From an uncultured bacterium (GTDB lineage Bacteria; Auribacterota; Erginobacteria; Erginobacterales; Erginobacteraceae): a DNA stretch of 64,000 nt. A program made the translations under genes and the position numbers. The DNA lies in the NCBI GenBank assembly GCA_963822585.1, contig CAWGIE010000039.1:32001-96000 (forward strand), given 5' to 3'. Below the pieces are notes generated by a model that saw only the letters and a program-made list of their open reading frames with translations, made no database searches and was not told where the DNA came from. This document shows positions 61,558 through 64,000 of the stretch, one piece after another; position 1 is the stretch's first letter; each line of letters opens with the position of its first letter.

Positions 61558-62076
61558 TTAGGGGATTAATTCTTTCAGCTTCAAAGCCAGGTGATCGGGT
61601 TTGATCGGCTTCTGCATGAATGTAATACCGGCGCGGGCAAGCAGTTTCTGAGTCGGCCCGCTGAGCGCGTCCTGAGCGGCGATGGCATTGCCGGTACAGA
61701 TAATGATCGGGAGAGCGGGTAACATCTGTCTCATCTTCTGAAACGTTTCCGTGCCTCCCATCCCCTTCATCACCATATCGAGAAGCACAAGATCCACTCG
61801 GCCCTTCCTGCTCCGCAGCAGATCCAGGGCCTCCTCACCGCTGGCCGCCTGAAGAACCGTATAACCAAGGCGCCTCAGGAGGCGTCCCGTGGTTTCCCGG
61901 AAAGCATCCTCATCATCCACCACCATGATCGTTCCGGCGGAACTTCCGACCGGGCGGCGCTCCCGGCTGCTCTGGATCAGCAGGTCGGTAATCGAGGCCT
62001 CCAGTTCATTTATCCGCCGACGCGAGTCGGCAAGTTCCCGGATGAGCACTTCTTTTGATTTTTCCGCATCTTTCAT
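61558..62076 (-). CDS. Single-domain response regulator with N-terminal coiled coil
   Basis: IMVVDDE, VLLDMVM..MGG, CTG, QKP. Confidence 0.85.
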   Translation of the reverse strand: MKDAEKSKEVLIRELADSRRRINELEASITDLLIQSSRERRPVGSSAGTIMVVDDEDAFRETTGRLLRRLGYTVLQAASGEEALDLLRSRKGRVDLVLLDMVMKGMGGTETFQKMRQMLPALPIIICTGNAIAAQDALSGPTQKLLARAGITFMQKPIKPDHLALKLKELIP

Positions 62077-62137
62077 TCGTAACACCCGTTGTTCGATATC
62101 ATAAGGTGAGACTTAAACGACCTCGGTTCTTTCAGCC

Positions 62138-62165
62138 TTGACAAAAGCTCAGAGAGCTGTAAATT
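62138..62165 (+). promoter_or_regulatory. Putative sigma70 promoter for fadL
   Basis: TTGACA-16 bp-TAAATT. Confidence 0.35.
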
Positions 62166-62269
62166 GAACCTGTCTCCGGCCGGTGCGCAGTATGTCAATA
62201 AGACCTAATCAGGCCATGAGTTAGTTGTTATATACACCCTTTTCAACAACAGTCAAGGAGAACGTGCTG

Positions 62270-63598
62270 ATGAGAAAGCTTGCTGTGGTTAGCTTGTCTT
62301 TATCTATTCTGGGCCTCCTTTCCACCCTCGGCACTCCCGGCGCGCTGGCCTCCGGTTTTTCCCTGGTCGAGCAGAGTGGGAAAGGTCTGGGCGAAGCATT
62401 CGCCGGCGGCCGCACCGATAGTGAGGATCCCTCCAGCCTCTTCTACAACCCGTCCGCGATGGCGTTCATGACCGCGAACAGCATCGGCGTTTCCCTTTCC
62501 GCGATCGACGTCTCAACCAAGTTCAAGGATAATGGGTCGCGCACGGCAACCGGGCAGCCGCTCACCGGGAACGACGGCGGAGACGGGGGCACTCTCGGCC
62601 TGGTGCCCAATCTCTATTACGTTCAGAAGGTACGGGAGACCCTGAGCCTGGGCCTCGCCGTGAATGTCCCCTTCGGCCTGGCCACCAAATATGGCGATGA
62701 TTGGATGGGACGCTATCACGGGGTGGAATCTGATCTCAGCGTTATCGGGATCAGTCCCACAGTAGCGGTCCAGGTTCTCCCCGACCTTCTCTCTCTGGGA
62801 GGCAGCCTGAACATAGAATACGCCGACGCCAAACTCACCAACGCGATCGACTTTGGGACCATCCTGATGGGGGCCGGGACAACTCCACAGACGCTGGACG
62901 GTTTTGCCGATTTGACCGGCGATGACTGGGCCCTTGGTTATTCTCTGGGCCTCCTCTGCACCATCACCCCCGATACCCGGATCGGAATCAGTTACCGCTC
63001 GAAAGTAGACCACAAGCTTTCCGGGGATGTCGATTTCGATGTGCCGCCGGTCGCCCGGGCCATTCTCAATGCCGGAGGTCTCTCGAACTATTTCACCGAT
63101 ACCCATGCCACCGCCCGCCTGACGCTCCCGGAAACGATTGCCTGTGGGGTATTTCAACGGATCAGCAAATGTTTTGCCGTCATGGCGGATGTCAGCTGGA
63201 CACGGTGGAGCAGGTTCAAGGAGCTGACCGTCAATTTTGATTCCGGCCAGGCCCCTTCAACCACCGAAGAGAACTGGGAAGATACCATGTGCTATCGCCT
63301 GGGGATTAACTACTCCCCCGACGACCGGTGGATCATACGGGCCGGCACCGCCTATGATGAGAGCCCGGTCAAGACAGCCTATCGGACTCCCCGCGTCCCC
63401 GACAACGACCGCGTCTGGCTCACTCTGGGGGCAGGCTACCAGGTCACCGGGGACCTGCGGCTGGATCTCAGTTACGCCCATCTCTTTATCAGTGACGCCA
63501 AGAGCAATCTGCTGACCGAACCGGCACAGGGTTACCTGGTCGGGAAATACGATTCCACGATCAATATCTTCGCGCTGGAAGGGGTGCTGACGTTTTAA
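62270..63598 (+). CDS. fadL: OmpP1/FadL outer-membrane channel
   Basis: Signal peptide; SGFSLVEQS..GLG.AFAG, YNPSAM, PFGLATKY, R.P..PDNDR, C-terminal Phe. Confidence 0.9.
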   Translation: MRKLAVVSLSLSILGLLSTLGTPGALASGFSLVEQSGKGLGEAFAGGRTDSEDPSSLFYNPSAMAFMTANSIGVSLSAIDVSTKFKDNGSRTATGQPLTGNDGGDGGTLGLVPNLYYVQKVRETLSLGLAVNVPFGLATKYGDDWMGRYHGVESDLSVIGISPTVAVQVLPDLLSLGGSLNIEYADAKLTNAIDFGTILMGAGTTPQTLDGFADLTGDDWALGYSLGLLCTITPDTRIGISYRSKVDHKLSGDVDFDVPPVARAILNAGGLSNYFTDTHATARLTLPETIACGVFQRISKCFAVMADVSWTRWSRFKELTVNFDSGQAPSTTEENWEDTMCYRLGINYSPDDRWIIRAGTAYDESPVKTAYRTPRVPDNDRVWLTLGAGYQVTGDLRLDLSYAHLFISDAKSNLLTEPAQGYLVGKYDSTINIFALEGVLTF

Positions 63599-63618
63599 TC
63601 TATCACCGCGCGAGCATC

Positions 63619-63655
63619 AAAGCCCCGCGCCCGAAAAGGCGCGGAGCTTTTTTTC
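63619..63655 (+). terminator. Rho-independent terminator after fadL
   Basis: AAGCCCCGCGCC-CGAAAA-GGCGCGGAGCTTTTTT. Confidence 0.7.
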
Positions 63656-64000
63656 CAGGGTTATTATGACCAATAGCAGGTGACGAGGCGGGGAGATAAA
63701 AACCGAATGTCGAACGTTCAACGCTCAACCCTGCAAAGCAGGGCAAGCTTTCAATTTATCCGCCTTCGGCGGACGTCGAACGAAAAGAAGTCATCAGCCA
63801 AAATCACTTATCCTATTTAATCACATACGATCGTCTGTTCTTTAAAAAGGGGGGAGGCCGGGGAAATCGTCCTGTCCCGAAATCGTCCTGTCAAATCAAG
63901 GGGGTGAAGGGTGAGGGATAATTCGCGTAATTCGTAGTTCTATGATAATTTGCGTAATTCGCAGATTAGAAGGACAGCCCCAAACTCACGTCAACCAGCA

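Noticed and set aside
1..64000. Specific taxonomic assignment, rRNA or tRNA genes
   Set aside because: No rRNA or tRNA seen; resemblance to PVC-associated candidate phyla is an impression that needs marker-gene phylogeny

Overview
GC-rich chromosomal window from an anaerobic diderm bacterium (PpiD/SurA-like chaperone, FadL channel). A PVC-associated candidate lineage is possible but untested. Contents in order: (1) the edge of a sugar-phosphate-utilisation (SPU)-type bacterial microcompartment locus, with DeoC and RpiB that both carry N-terminal encapsulation-peptide-like helices, a GlcD-type FAD oxidoreductase and three EutN/CcmL pentamers; (2) housekeeping genes (ppiD-like, glyA, tsaC, yggS, two pilT-type ATPases); (3) a ~14 kb block of three very large secreted proteins: two papain-family (C1A) proteases, one with 8 near-identical ~140-aa modules, and an SBBP/beta-propeller protein, with many single-base frameshifts; (4) a Wood-Ljungdahl cluster (cooC-cooS-cooF-FNOR-acsB ... 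acsC-acsV-acsD-acsE-folD-DRTGG protein) split by a 5 kb insert holding a surface-protein gene, a LamG pseudogene and two IS elements; (5) a PAS hybrid kinase, two amino-acid binding proteins, a PD-(D/E)XK nuclease, LysE, a response regulator and fadL. Two recurring signals stand out. First, a six-repeat (6 x 40 aa) FG-GAP-like C-terminal module ends five secreted proteins with different N-terminal domains, and a remnant is present in a sixth; it is a candidate lineage-specific surface-display domain. Second, an (A/T)n-TTTTCC-GGA-GGAAAA hairpin overlaps the ribosome-binding site of about eight genes. No rRNA, tRNA or CRISPR array was seen. All calls come from reading motifs; no database searches were run.
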